A DNA stretch of 64,000 nt from an uncultured SAR86 cluster bacterium (lineage in GTDB: Bacteria; Pseudomonadota; Gammaproteobacteria; Magnimaribacterales; D2472). The stretch spans positions 78,104-142,103 of the forward strand of contig CACIJE010000001.1 in NCBI GenBank assembly GCA_902586925.1. The letters are read 5' to 3'. Under the pieces are notes generated by a model. It had not been told where the DNA came from, did no database searches, and was given only the letters and a program-made list of their open reading frames with translations. This document shows, one piece after another, positions 50,787 through 60,968 of this stretch. Within the stretch, counting starts at the first letter, position 1, and each line of letters opens with the position of its first letter. The translations under genes and the position numbers were made by a program.

Positions 50787-51059
50787 TTAATTTATTTTAT
50801 TTTTTATAAATGAAGATGGTTTAAAAACTAACTTTTTTCTTTCAGGAATTATAAATTCTTGTTTTGTCTTTGGATTTCTTCCAATTCTTTGAGGAGATTT
50901 ATGAATATAGAATGTACCAAATTTTGAAATCTTAACTATATTGGACTTATTTTTTTTTATAATTCTTATGAACGACTCAAGTAAACTTCTGCTTGTAGAT
51001 TTATTTAAAAAAGTCCCGGAAGAGATATTATTTACAATATCTTTTTTTCCGAGACTCAA
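50787..51059 (-). CDS. ihfA: Integration host factor / HU-family DNA-binding protein (IHF alpha by synteny with pheT)
   Basis: [39 protein letters not shown] matches the IHF/HU beta-arm. TTG is the only possible start, because an in-frame TAA lies 2 codons upstream. Confidence 0.8.
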   Translation of the reverse strand: MSLGKKDIVNNISSGTFLNKSTSRSLLESFIRIIKKNKSNIVKISKFGTFYIHKSPQRIGRNPKTKQEFIIPERKKLVFKPSSFIKNKIN

Positions 51060-51073
51060 TTGTTATCTATATT

Positions 51074-52489
<1,416 letters not shown>

Positions 52490-52630
52490 TTATTTTAAAT
52501 GTATACGCTATTATTTTACAAGTTTAAAATAAAGAGCACTCTAAAGCGCCTGTTTATAAAACTAGGTGGCTATTATACACAAATATAGTAAAAAGCTATG
52601 ACTTTTTAAGTATCAATTTTGTAACAAAAT

Positions 52631-54604
52631 CTAATCTAATGGTCTAAATTTCACTAATAAATCATTTAAATTATGATGCCTTATTAATTTTGCACCAGGA
52701 TCTTTAGTAAGAGGCCTCCAAGTATAGTTTATTAAATTCCCATATATGGGGATATTAAAAAAAATCCCTTTATCAAAAGATCCTTCTCCAAAGTCTTCAG
52801 AAGATACATCTGTAAAAGTTGCAAATGCTCCGAATCTTACTCCACTTTGAAAAGTTCTTGAAAATTCAATAGTAGAGCCAATATCACCAGCGAGATATTC
52901 ACCAGCACTAATCTTCATATCAAATGGAATTAACCCATAATTTCTATAGTAAAGATTTGCAGTCATTGTAATATTTTCATAATCTAAATGTCCAAAACCC
53001 CAATTGTAATCTCTTTTTTTGACTTTAAATGCTTCAATACCATATGAGTAATTTGAATTAGGCTTAAAATATAAATACTCTGCTCCATAACCTGAAAACA
53101 TGTCTTCAAGGATGCCACCTGTAAACATTAAATGATGATTTGTTTTTGGAGTAAGGTGATAGTCGATCTGAGCTCTTCCTATAAGAATTCCTTGATCCAT
53201 GTTTTTTAGATACTGCTTAACGTCTGACCTTACTTGTGCTGGGAAAGTATCAACAGGTGGGAAGATTAGATCATCAAAGTTATCAGCTAAAGAATATTTT
53301 AAATTTGTATTGAAGAATAAATTTTCTCTTATTACAAACTCTGTATCATTTTCCGCTAATACTGCACCTTTAAAAAACTCTTCTCTTGATGCTACAAAAG
53401 GCCTAAATCGAATATTTGATGATGTATTTACTCCCCTGTACTGCTGTCTTTCATAAATTGTTCTAGCACTTCTTTCAAAAGCCTCATCAATTTCAGATAC
53501 AGCTTTTAAATCTGTTATTTTTAAATCTTTTTTTATATCTTTTTTGATTCCAGCATCCCTTGATGCTTGTGATATTATCTCCTCAACTAGATTTAAATCA
53601 GGATGTATAAATTGTGTTAATTCAAGGCCTAAGAATCTTGAAGTTTCCGATATTTTATTTACACCAATGCCGTTTTCCTCAAGATTTTTTATTAATTTTG
53701 TGTATTTGTCATCATTTATAGATGTATCTGCTTGTTGATATTCATATTTCTTAAATGATCTTTTTGGATTATTTTTATATAGAAATTTTAATGACGAGTA
53801 TCCCCCCTTTTCATATGAAAATCCAAGAGAAAAATTATCATTAATTAAGTAATTAAGGCCAATGGTATAGTCACTTTCTCTATCAGGATATGGAAGAGAT
53901 CCACCATCAACTAAAATAGTATCTTTTTCAATTTGAAAAAGCACATTTTTATTGAAACTATATGATATTCCGTAAAAAGGTGCTGCTTCTTGACCAGAGA
54001 AAAAATTAGAGAAATTTAATTGACCTCCAAGGCTTGCATAACCTCCTCTTGAATAAAAACTATCACTTATGTAGCCAAATGGATTTTTTATTTTCTCAGA
54101 TGAACCACCTAAGGCTCCCCAACCCATTCCGAAATGCATATCTAGTTTGCCCACACCATAACTTGAAACTATATATTCGGAGGAATATTTTCCAGTCCCT
54201 GCAAAATCCATAAAACCTATAGCGATTGCAGGAAAAATACCTTCCTGCTTTATTCTTAACTTAAGATTGAATCCTTTATCTTTAAAACCCTGACAGTATG
54301 TTCTGACATCAAAGTAAGCCCTACAAAGTTCAATACTCGGAATATTTACATAAAAGAAGGAAGCTTCTAACCAATCATATGGATTTGATGTTAAAGTAAT
54401 TTTTTGATCTATATCACTATCATATATAGTAACTCCATGTACTCCTTCATCGTAAGATCTTGCAGTTGGAATATTTATTAAGCCTACAATTCCATGATTG
54501 TTATAAAGGTTATTATCGAAACTATCTGCAGATGATAAAAAGGTGAGGAAAATTAAAACAAAAAAAAATTTTTTGTTACCTGCTTCTTTTTTTTTTAGTA
54601 ACAT
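52631..54604 (-). CDS. YjbH/GfcD-family outer-membrane exopolysaccharide-associated protein
   Basis: GIVGLINIPTARSYDEG near the N-terminus. C-terminal EYLAGDIGSTIEFSRTFQSGVRFGAFATFTDVSSEDFGEGSFDKGIFFNIP...WRPLTKDPGAKL parallels E. coli YjbH as I recall it. Confidence 0.8.
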   Translation of the reverse strand: MLLKKKEAGNKKFFFVLIFLTFLSSADSFDNNLYNNHGIVGLINIPTARSYDEGVHGVTIYDSDIDQKITLTSNPYDWLEASFFYVNIPSIELCRAYFDVRTYCQGFKDKGFNLKLRIKQEGIFPAIAIGFMDFAGTGKYSSEYIVSSYGVGKLDMHFGMGWGALGGSSEKIKNPFGYISDSFYSRGGYASLGGQLNFSNFFSGQEAAPFYGISYSFNKNVLFQIEKDTILVDGGSLPYPDRESDYTIGLNYLINDNFSLGFSYEKGGYSSLKFLYKNNPKRSFKKYEYQQADTSINDDKYTKLIKNLEENGIGVNKISETSRFLGLELTQFIHPDLNLVEEIISQASRDAGIKKDIKKDLKITDLKAVSEIDEAFERSARTIYERQQYRGVNTSSNIRFRPFVASREEFFKGAVLAENDTEFVIRENLFFNTNLKYSLADNFDDLIFPPVDTFPAQVRSDVKQYLKNMDQGILIGRAQIDYHLTPKTNHHLMFTGGILEDMFSGYGAEYLYFKPNSNYSYGIEAFKVKKRDYNWGFGHLDYENITMTANLYYRNYGLIPFDMKISAGEYLAGDIGSTIEFSRTFQSGVRFGAFATFTDVSSEDFGEGSFDKGIFFNIPIYGNLINYTWRPLTKDPGAKLIRHHNLNDLLVKFRPLD

Positions 54605-54616
54605 TGTTGATCGAAA

Positions 54617-56437
54617 TCAATCAGTGCTTATGGAGTTCAATGATGCCAGTGCGAGGCCTAAATTACCAAGTATGGTTACATATGCTTGGGCGGCTAATGT
54701 TCTTGAGGATGAATTATCTATTTCTCTTGGAACAAATATCACCGATCCTGGATATATCGTGATACCTGACTTAGGTTGATTTTCAAATATATTTCTTTTC
54801 TTTGAGTATCTTTGTGTTTCTCCATTTGGATGTAATATATAAATTGATTCATTATCTGCATATTTTTTATAACCGCCTGATTTATCTATAAAAAAATCAA
54901 CGCTTTTATTTTCTTCATACATGACAGAACCTTCAGATGAAACTTCTCCGTAGACATACACATTGTTTGTTTTCTCAGGAACTTTTAAATTATCACCCTC
55001 TTGAATACCGAGAGTTTCTCTCGCGGCTTCATTTTCCATATCAACAACTATTCTTCCATTTGGTTCTAAATCATTAATCTCTTTTGTCAGGCCAACTATA
55101 GGAGTTAAGTCAAAATTTCCGCTAATATTTTGTTGACTTAGTGCAATAATATTATCCAAAAACTCTTGATATAATAAGCTTTGTGCAGCTTCATTTATCA
55201 ATTTAGCATCTCTATTTTCAAAAATAGCTCCAAAAGGATAAGCATTTTCTGTAAAGCCACCGGCCTTAATTATTAAATCGTCTAGTGTTTCACCAGCAGC
55301 CATCGTGTAAGTACCAGGCTTTAATACAGCACCTGAAATAGTTGCTTTTCTGTATGGATATTCTCTTATATAAATCATATCTCCATCAACTGACTTTATT
55401 GAATCAAACTGAATACTGTTTGTAATGGGTATTGATTTAAGAGTGCCATCCAAAATTCTTTCAAGATATATATTTTGAATATCTGCAGTTTGTTTAAATC
55501 CATTTGCGTAATTAATAACGTCTCCAAGATTTTGTTCATCAACAAGCTCATATTTTGCAGGTCTTTTAACTGCTCCATCTATGGATACAACACTTTTTCT
55601 GGGATTTATAAATATTACATCACCTGACCTTAATCGTTCTTTAAGATTAAAATTCCCATTTATTAAAAGTTCATAAACATCTAAAACTTCAATAATCTTA
55701 TTATCTCTAACTAAGTTAATTTCTCTGAATGTCCCATACTCACTAATTCCACCAGCAATATTTATTGCTTGTAAGATATTTGAATTACCAGATAATGTGT
55801 AAATACCTGGGTTCTGAGCGTCACCAGTAATTAATACGTTGACATCTCTTAACTTTGACATGCTAATGAATGCTTCTATTCCAATAAATGAAGAGTTCAC
55901 CCTAGACTTTATTAATTTTGATGCTTCATCAAGAGATAAACCAATTAGTACTATCTCACCAATGTCTGGAAAATTAATTGAGCCATCACCATTTATTAAA
56001 AAATCCTCAATGATGTCTTTTTGACCAACCAATTGAATACTTAGAACATCACCAACGCCTAACGTGTATGATGAATCAGGATTAGGTTCATTAATTGGCA
56101 TAAACGAAGTTTGGAATGTGTTAAAAAAATCTGAACCAAAAAGTTTTAATTCTGTATTAATTTCAAGCCTATCATCACTTTGTAACCTCTTTTCTAATTC
56201 TCTTAAATCCTGCTCAATTCGAGATTTCAGATCAATTAACTCTTCAAACTGCTGTAATTTGCTTGAATATTGTGAAGGCCTATAATTTTCATCCAGTGCT
56301 TTAGTGTTTTCTTCAGATCTATTGACAAGATCTTCTCTAATATCCTCTGGTAAGCTATCTAAAAATGACTCATCAAACTGCTGAGCATTAAGGAAAAAAA
56401 CTGAGATTAATAAAATAGACAATAATAAATTTTTCAT
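54617..56437 (-). CDS. Polysaccharide export protein, Wza-like (Poly_export domain plus four SLBB-like repeats)
   Basis: Poly_export motif YTLGVGDVLSIQLVG. Four G.V..PG.Y-type units (ITGDAQNPGIY, IDGAVKRPAKY, ISGAVLKPGTY, VYGEVSSEGSV). Hydrophobic C-terminal helix LAAQAYVTILGNLGLALASL. The signal peptide has no lipobox Cys. Confidence 0.75.
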   Translation of the reverse strand: MKNLLLSILLISVFFLNAQQFDESFLDSLPEDIREDLVNRSEENTKALDENYRPSQYSSKLQQFEELIDLKSRIEQDLRELEKRLQSDDRLEINTELKLFGSDFFNTFQTSFMPINEPNPDSSYTLGVGDVLSIQLVGQKDIIEDFLINGDGSINFPDIGEIVLIGLSLDEASKLIKSRVNSSFIGIEAFISMSKLRDVNVLITGDAQNPGIYTLSGNSNILQAINIAGGISEYGTFREINLVRDNKIIEVLDVYELLINGNFNLKERLRSGDVIFINPRKSVVSIDGAVKRPAKYELVDEQNLGDVINYANGFKQTADIQNIYLERILDGTLKSIPITNSIQFDSIKSVDGDMIYIREYPYRKATISGAVLKPGTYTMAAGETLDDLIIKAGGFTENAYPFGAIFENRDAKLINEAAQSLLYQEFLDNIIALSQQNISGNFDLTPIVGLTKEINDLEPNGRIVVDMENEAARETLGIQEGDNLKVPEKTNNVYVYGEVSSEGSVMYEENKSVDFFIDKSGGYKKYADNESIYILHPNGETQRYSKKRNIFENQPKSGITIYPGSVIFVPREIDNSSSRTLAAQAYVTILGNLGLALASLNSISTD

Positions 56438-56509
56438 AATCGGATTTTACATTAAATTATAGAGCAATAGTATCCCGAGGTTTGTGTAGAAACTGACATT
56501 TATATTATA

Positions 56510-58414
56510 TTAGACCAAACCAGGAACACTTACTGAATCATACTTCAGGGCACCAGATATAATTTCATCAATAATTGTATCAACTTCATTATCGGTTACA
56601 GTGGAATCTTTTGATTGAAAAATAAATCTAAATCCAATTTTAATTTCATTCATCTTTTCATTTTTAAAATAATCAAAAACAAATACTTCTTTTAACAAAG
56701 CATTTTCAAAATTAAGAATAAACTCTTCAAGTATTTTACATTTTGAAAAATCTTTTATAGAGAATGAAAGGTCTCTATTTGAACTAGGAAATTCAGATAT
56801 TGGAGTATATTTTTTTTCGCTAAGATGTTTTATATTAAAATTTTCATATGAGAATTCGAATTTAATAGATGATTTAATTTCTAACTCGCAATAAACAATT
56901 TTATTTTTTAATTTGGAATCAAGCGACTGTCTTGATATTTCTTCTAATTCTAAATTTTCATAACTGATTTTATGCAAAATACTTTCTAAATAATTAATAT
57001 CAATTTTTTTAGAGAAATTTAAATAATTTTTATCAATTCTGCCGCTAGCAATTATCCCAATCACTCTTTTACCAATTCTGGTTTTATTAGTATATAAATC
57101 TGCTATTTCAAACAACTTTATAGAGTCTTTTTGTCTTCTTTCATTGTATAAAAGATTTTCTATCAAGGAATTTTTTAAATTAGTTCTGAGATACTTCTTA
57201 TTTGAATCAAGAGGATTATCAACTACTACTGATTCTTCAGTGCCGTCACTCACAAAAGGATTATTTATTACTTCAAAAAAACCCTCTCCAGTTAATAATT
57301 TTTTTATTTTATGTTCTATAAAAGTTTGATTGAAATTATTTTTTACAGATATATTAATTTTTTGTTTTTTTATATTGTCGTAACCAATTGCTCTTGCAAT
57401 TTCTTCAGCAATATCATTGATATTATTAACATCATTTCTATATGAGGGAATTTTAATAGTATTTTTATCTATTAAAAAATTTAGTTTTTGTAGATATTTT
57501 GAGCATTCATTCTCAGTAATATCAATGCCCAAAATATTATTTATCTTTGAAAAATCAAAAGGAATAATTTTCTCTTTCCTTTCCTCATTATTTCCATTAA
57601 ATAACTCAATATTTTTGATATTTGAGTGATTTTCAACGATTTTTATGAATCTTCTTAAAACAAAATCATGACTATATGCGTCAGTTTCTCTTTCAAACTT
57701 ATGGGCGGCATCTGAATTAATATCATATTTTAACGATCTTCCAATAATTGCTTCTGAATTAAAATGTGCGCATTCAATCAGTACAGATTTAGTATCCACT
57801 TTACATGCTGTATCTTTACCGCCCATAACTCCAGCTAAATTAATAATTTTATTATCTTTGTCAAAAAAAACTAAATCACCGCTATCTATGTATATCTTTT
57901 TATTTGTTAGAGTTTCAAATTCACAACGATCTTTTTGATAACCCAATCTAATGTAGTCATCGATCATCAATGAATCATAGCAATGAGTTGGTTGCCCAGT
58001 TTCATATGAAATATAGTTTGATATATCAGTAAAAAAATTAATCTTTTTAACATTTAAATCTGTAAAGTAATTCTCTAAAAATTTATTATAATTTTTTGGG
58101 ACTTGATCAATATCTAACTTTAAAAAAGAAATATTCTTACATAAGTGACTCGCATCATTTATAAATTCAAATTTAAAAGGTTTTATATCTTTTATATAAA
58201 TATCTTTTTCGATCGAAATACTATAAAAGAGTCCTAAATCTCTAAGTAACCCATTAAGTGAAAGGCAATCACCTCTATTTGGTGTAAGTTCCATATCAAA
58301 GATTTCATCAAATATTTCATGCTCATGACCTAGTTGAAAAAGTTTATCTGATAATTCCTCAATACTGGGTTTTGAATCAATATGTTTAACAAAATGTTTA
58401 TAAGGTATTTTCAT
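56510..58414 (-). CDS. pheT: Phenylalanine-tRNA ligase beta subunit (short form lacking the B2 tRNA-binding OB-fold domain)
   Basis: The B1-like N-terminus ...LFQLGHEHE runs directly into ...ELTPNRGDCLSLNGLLRDL. B3/4 region (GQPTHCYD, NLAGVMGG). C-terminal FDX-ACB-like domain. 634 aa versus roughly 790-800 in E. coli. Confidence 0.85.
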   Translation of the reverse strand: MKIPYKHFVKHIDSKPSIEELSDKLFQLGHEHEIFDEIFDMELTPNRGDCLSLNGLLRDLGLFYSISIEKDIYIKDIKPFKFEFINDASHLCKNISFLKLDIDQVPKNYNKFLENYFTDLNVKKINFFTDISNYISYETGQPTHCYDSLMIDDYIRLGYQKDRCEFETLTNKKIYIDSGDLVFFDKDNKIINLAGVMGGKDTACKVDTKSVLIECAHFNSEAIIGRSLKYDINSDAAHKFERETDAYSHDFVLRRFIKIVENHSNIKNIELFNGNNEERKEKIIPFDFSKINNILGIDITENECSKYLQKLNFLIDKNTIKIPSYRNDVNNINDIAEEIARAIGYDNIKKQKINISVKNNFNQTFIEHKIKKLLTGEGFFEVINNPFVSDGTEESVVVDNPLDSNKKYLRTNLKNSLIENLLYNERRQKDSIKLFEIADLYTNKTRIGKRVIGIIASGRIDKNYLNFSKKIDINYLESILHKISYENLELEEISRQSLDSKLKNKIVYCELEIKSSIKFEFSYENFNIKHLSEKKYTPISEFPSSNRDLSFSIKDFSKCKILEEFILNFENALLKEVFVFDYFKNEKMNEIKIGFRFIFQSKDSTVTDNEVDTIIDEIISGALKYDSVSVPGLV

Positions 58415-59136
58415 TTAAATTGTTTAAGGAAGTCCAAATTAGATTTATAAAAATCTCTGATATCATTTACTCCAAACTTTATCATTGCTATCCGTTCAAT
58501 TCCCAAACCAAAGGCAAACCCTGAGTATTTATTTGAATCAATATTGCAGTTCTCCAACACAATTGGATTTACGACTCCACATCCTAAAATTTCAAGCCAT
58601 TTCTCTTCATCAGATAATATATCTACTTCTGCAGATGGTTCTGTGAATGGGAAGTAAGATGGTCTAAATCTTAATCTGATTTCTTTTCCAAATAAGGATT
58701 GGATTATTTTATATATTAAATCTTTTAAATTTGCAAAATTAACGCCCTTATCTACATAAATACCTTCGATTTGATGAAACATTGGAAGATGAGTTGCATC
58801 ATCATCTTTTCTGTAAACTTTACCACCAGAAATAAAAGCAAATGGAGGATCTTTTTCTAACATTCCTCTTATTTGAACAGGAGAAGTGTGTGTTCTTAAA
58901 ACACTAGATTTATTATCGACATAAAATGTGTCATGCATTTGGCGAGCTGGATGAGACTTTTTTATATTTAACATATCGAAATTAAATTCTTCAGTTTCAA
59001 TTTCAGGACCATCAATTATTTCAAATCCAAAAGATAACAAGAGATTCATAATAGAATCTTTCATCTGATTGATTGGATGATGCGATCCGAACTCCTTAAT
59101 TAACTTTGGAGAACTGTCTTCTTTTGAATCTGGCAT
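58411..59136 (-). CDS. pheS: Phenylalanine-tRNA ligase alpha subunit (short form lacking the N-terminal coiled-coil arm)
   Basis: Class II core motifs HPINQ..., GPEIETEEFNFDMLNIKKSHPARQMHDTFY, GGKVYRKD, FRPSYFPFTEPSAE, GFAFGLGIERIAM. Only 241 aa. An in-frame TAG lies 10 codons upstream, inside the 3' end of rplT. Confidence 0.85.
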   Translation of the reverse strand: MPDSKEDSSPKLIKEFGSHHPINQMKDSIMNLLLSFGFEIIDGPEIETEEFNFDMLNIKKSHPARQMHDTFYVDNKSSVLRTHTSPVQIRGMLEKDPPFAFISGGKVYRKDDDATHLPMFHQIEGIYVDKGVNFANLKDLIYKIIQSLFGKEIRLRFRPSYFPFTEPSAEVDILSDEEKWLEILGCGVVNPIVLENCNIDSNKYSGFAFGLGIERIAMIKFGVNDIRDFYKSNLDFLKQFK

Positions 59137-59146
59137 TGGACCAGTA

Positions 59147-59494
59147 TTAGCTAATGGCGGTTTCTACAACCTTTTTGAAAGTAGAATTATCAGAGATTGC
59201 TAAATCAGATAGAATTTTTCTATCTAGTTTTATATCTTTTCGAGATAAAGAATTTATCAATGTTGAATAAGAAACTCCAAGCTCCCTAGAACCAGCATTT
59301 ATTCTTGAAACCCATAAAGATCTAAATGCTCTTTTTCTATTTTTTCTGTCTCTATATGCATATTGCAATGATTTAATATTTGACTGTTTTGCTGTTTTGA
59401 AAAGTCTACTTCTAGCACCATAATGGCCTTTTGTAGATTTAAGTACTTTTTTATGTCTTGTTTTAGCTGTCACTGATTTTGTAACTCTTGGCAT
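59147..59494 (-). CDS. rplT: 50S ribosomal protein L20
   Basis: MPRVTKSVTAKTRHKKVLK...GARSRLFKTAKQ...AYRDRKNRKR.FR.LW..RINA. Confidence 0.95.
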   Translation of the reverse strand: MPRVTKSVTAKTRHKKVLKSTKGHYGARSRLFKTAKQSNIKSLQYAYRDRKNRKRAFRSLWVSRINAGSRELGVSYSTLINSLSRKDIKLDRKILSDLAISDNSTFKKVVETAIS

Positions 59495-59499
59495 ATTAA

Positions 59500-59694
59500 T
59501 TAACCCCTTAGTAATTTTTGAGCCATCTTAAGAACGACTCCTGATATCTTATTTAAACCTCTATTATGTCTTTTTCTTTTTGTAGACTGTTTTGTAAGAA
59601 TATGATTTCTATTTGCACTTTTACTTTTAATTGAAGTACCACTCTTTTTAAAACGCTTTGCAGCTCCAGAATGTGTTTTTAATTTGTAACCCAT
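59500..59694 (-). CDS. rpmI: 50S ribosomal protein L35
   Basis: 64 aa, basic. [14 protein letters not shown]..., in the canonical position between infC and rplT. Confidence 0.9.
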   Translation of the reverse strand: MGYKLKTHSGAAKRFKKSGTSIKSKSANRNHILTKQSTKRKRHNRGLNKISGVVLKMAQKLLRG

Positions 59695-59704
59695 AAATAA
59701 TAAT

Positions 59705-60238
59705 TTAGTTCTTTTTCTTTAAAGGCGACAGAACCATCAGTAATTGTCTCCCCTCTAATGAAGGCTCTTGATCAACTTGCGCGATATCTTCGAGTTCTAA
59801 TTTTAATTTATTTAATAAATTTAGACCCATATCACTATTTAAGATCTCTCTGCCTCTAAAACGGACGCTTATTTTAGTCTTATCTCCATCAAGAATAAAG
59901 CTTTTAATCTTTTTTAATTTAATTTTATAATCTCCAACATCTGTCGATGGCCTAAATTTAATTTCTTTTGTTGTATTTCTTTTCACTTTTGATCTTGAGG
60001 ATGCGATACTTTTTTTCTTATCAAAGAGGTGTTTTCCGTAGTCCAAAATCTTACAAACAATTGGATTTGCATCAGATGAAGAAACTTGAACCAGATCTAG
60101 TGATGACTCTTTGGCTGCCTGTAAGGCGCTTAATAAAGGTACAATACCTTTTTTTTCTCCATTAGCGTCAACAAGCAAGACTTCGCTTGCCTTTATTTTA
60201 TCATTTATTGGAACTATGTTTTTTCTTGGAGTAGCTAT
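59705..60238 (-). CDS. infC: Translation initiation factor IF-3, apparently with a non-canonical AUA start
   Basis: The track ORF begins at an internal TTG (60178). The frame stays open upstream and encodes (M)[30 protein letters not shown]..., which aligns with the conserved IF-3 N-terminus (E. coli ...RPNRINGEIRAQEVRLTG...). No ATG, GTG or TTG is available there. The ATA at 60236-60238 has AAGAAGG 8 nt upstream. Confidence 0.75.
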   Translation of the reverse strand: MATPRKNIVPINDKIKASEVLLVDANGEKKGIVPLLSALQAAKESSLDLVQVSSSDANPIVCKILDYGKHLFDKKKSIASSRSKVKRNTTKEIKFRPSTDVGDYKIKLKKIKSFILDGDKTKISVRFRGREILNSDMGLNLLNKLKLELEDIAQVDQEPSLEGRQLLMVLSPLKKKN

Positions 60239-60371
60239 AAAAAATACCTTCTTAAAATATATTACAAAGAAAAATTGACATTAAATGATTAACAAGATTT
60301 GTTAAATACAATTGTATATTCAGACATAATTGGTTGAAATTTTATACTAATTAATTAATTACGCAAATATT

Positions 60372-60968
60372 TTAAGGTTGTAAAAAAAACTGATTCCATT
60401 CATCATTTTTCTTTTCAAATACTTGTCTTTTATTTAGTCTTGATTCGTGACCTTCCCAAAATTCAAAATAATATGGAATAAATGAATATCCGCCCCAATA
60501 TTCAGGGCATTGTTCTAAGTTATCTTTCTGAAGAGATTTTTCATAATTTACCGAAACATCTTCATATGAGGCTATTTTATTTGACTGTTTTGAAGAAATT
60601 GCTAATGCATTTTTCTTTATATCTCTCTTAGCAAAGTACTCCATATTAAATTCTTTTGATGTTTTTTTGATTTTCGCTTTCATTCTTATTTGAACATTTG
60701 TGGCATTCCAATATATCAAAGCACTAATTTGATTATGAGATATAAAGTCTCTGGATTTTGGTGATTCATAATTAGAAAAAAAAATGAACTCCTTGTCTTT
60801 TACAAATTTTAAATTTACAAATCTAGCATTAACCTCATTTTCATCAGATGAAAAAGAAGAAATACAAATAGCTTCTATTATTTTTTGGTTTGCATTCAAA
60901 GAATCTTCATATTTTTCTTTAAAAATTCTATATGGAGTCTCATTACTTATGTTGTTAAATTCAATCAT
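60372..60968 (-). CDS. pdxH: Pyridoxamine 5'-phosphate oxidase
   Basis: C-terminal signature WGGYSFIPYYFEFWEGHESRLNKR. 198 aa. Confidence 0.9.
   Translation of the reverse strand: MIEFNNISNETPYRIFKEKYEDSLNANQKIIEAICISSFSSDENEVNARFVNLKFVKDKEFIFFSNYESPKSRDFISHNQISALIYWNATNVQIRMKAKIKKTSKEFNMEYFAKRDIKKNALAISSKQSNKIASYEDVSVNYEKSLQKDNLEQCPEYWGGYSFIPYYFEFWEGHESRLNKRQVFEKKNDEWNQFFLQP

Noticed and set aside
52572-52577. A perfect TATAAT (minus strand) about 120 nt upstream of the surface-protein start, considered as a possible internal promoter of the cassette.
   Set aside because: No convincing -35 element sits at 16-18 nt spacing. TATAAT-like hexamers are expected by chance in DNA this AT-rich, so I did not report it as a feature.
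56472-56478. A possible att-like repeat of the tRNA-Pro 3' end (ATCCCGA), found in the pheT/Wza spacer. If real, it would mark the cassette as a tRNA-targeted island.
   Set aside because: Only 7 nt match, which is well within chance. No integrase gene is present, and ihfA would lie inside the supposed island. I do not consider this evidence for site-specific integration.
58411-59166. The possibility that the short pheS is a pseudogene or the result of a frameshift.
   Set aside because: The 241-aa frame is uninterrupted and retains all class II motifs I could check. It is translationally coupled to pheT. No non-coding space remains upstream for a lost N-terminal exon, because rplT ends 10 nt before the ATG. 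I treat it as a genuine short form, pending comparison with relatives.
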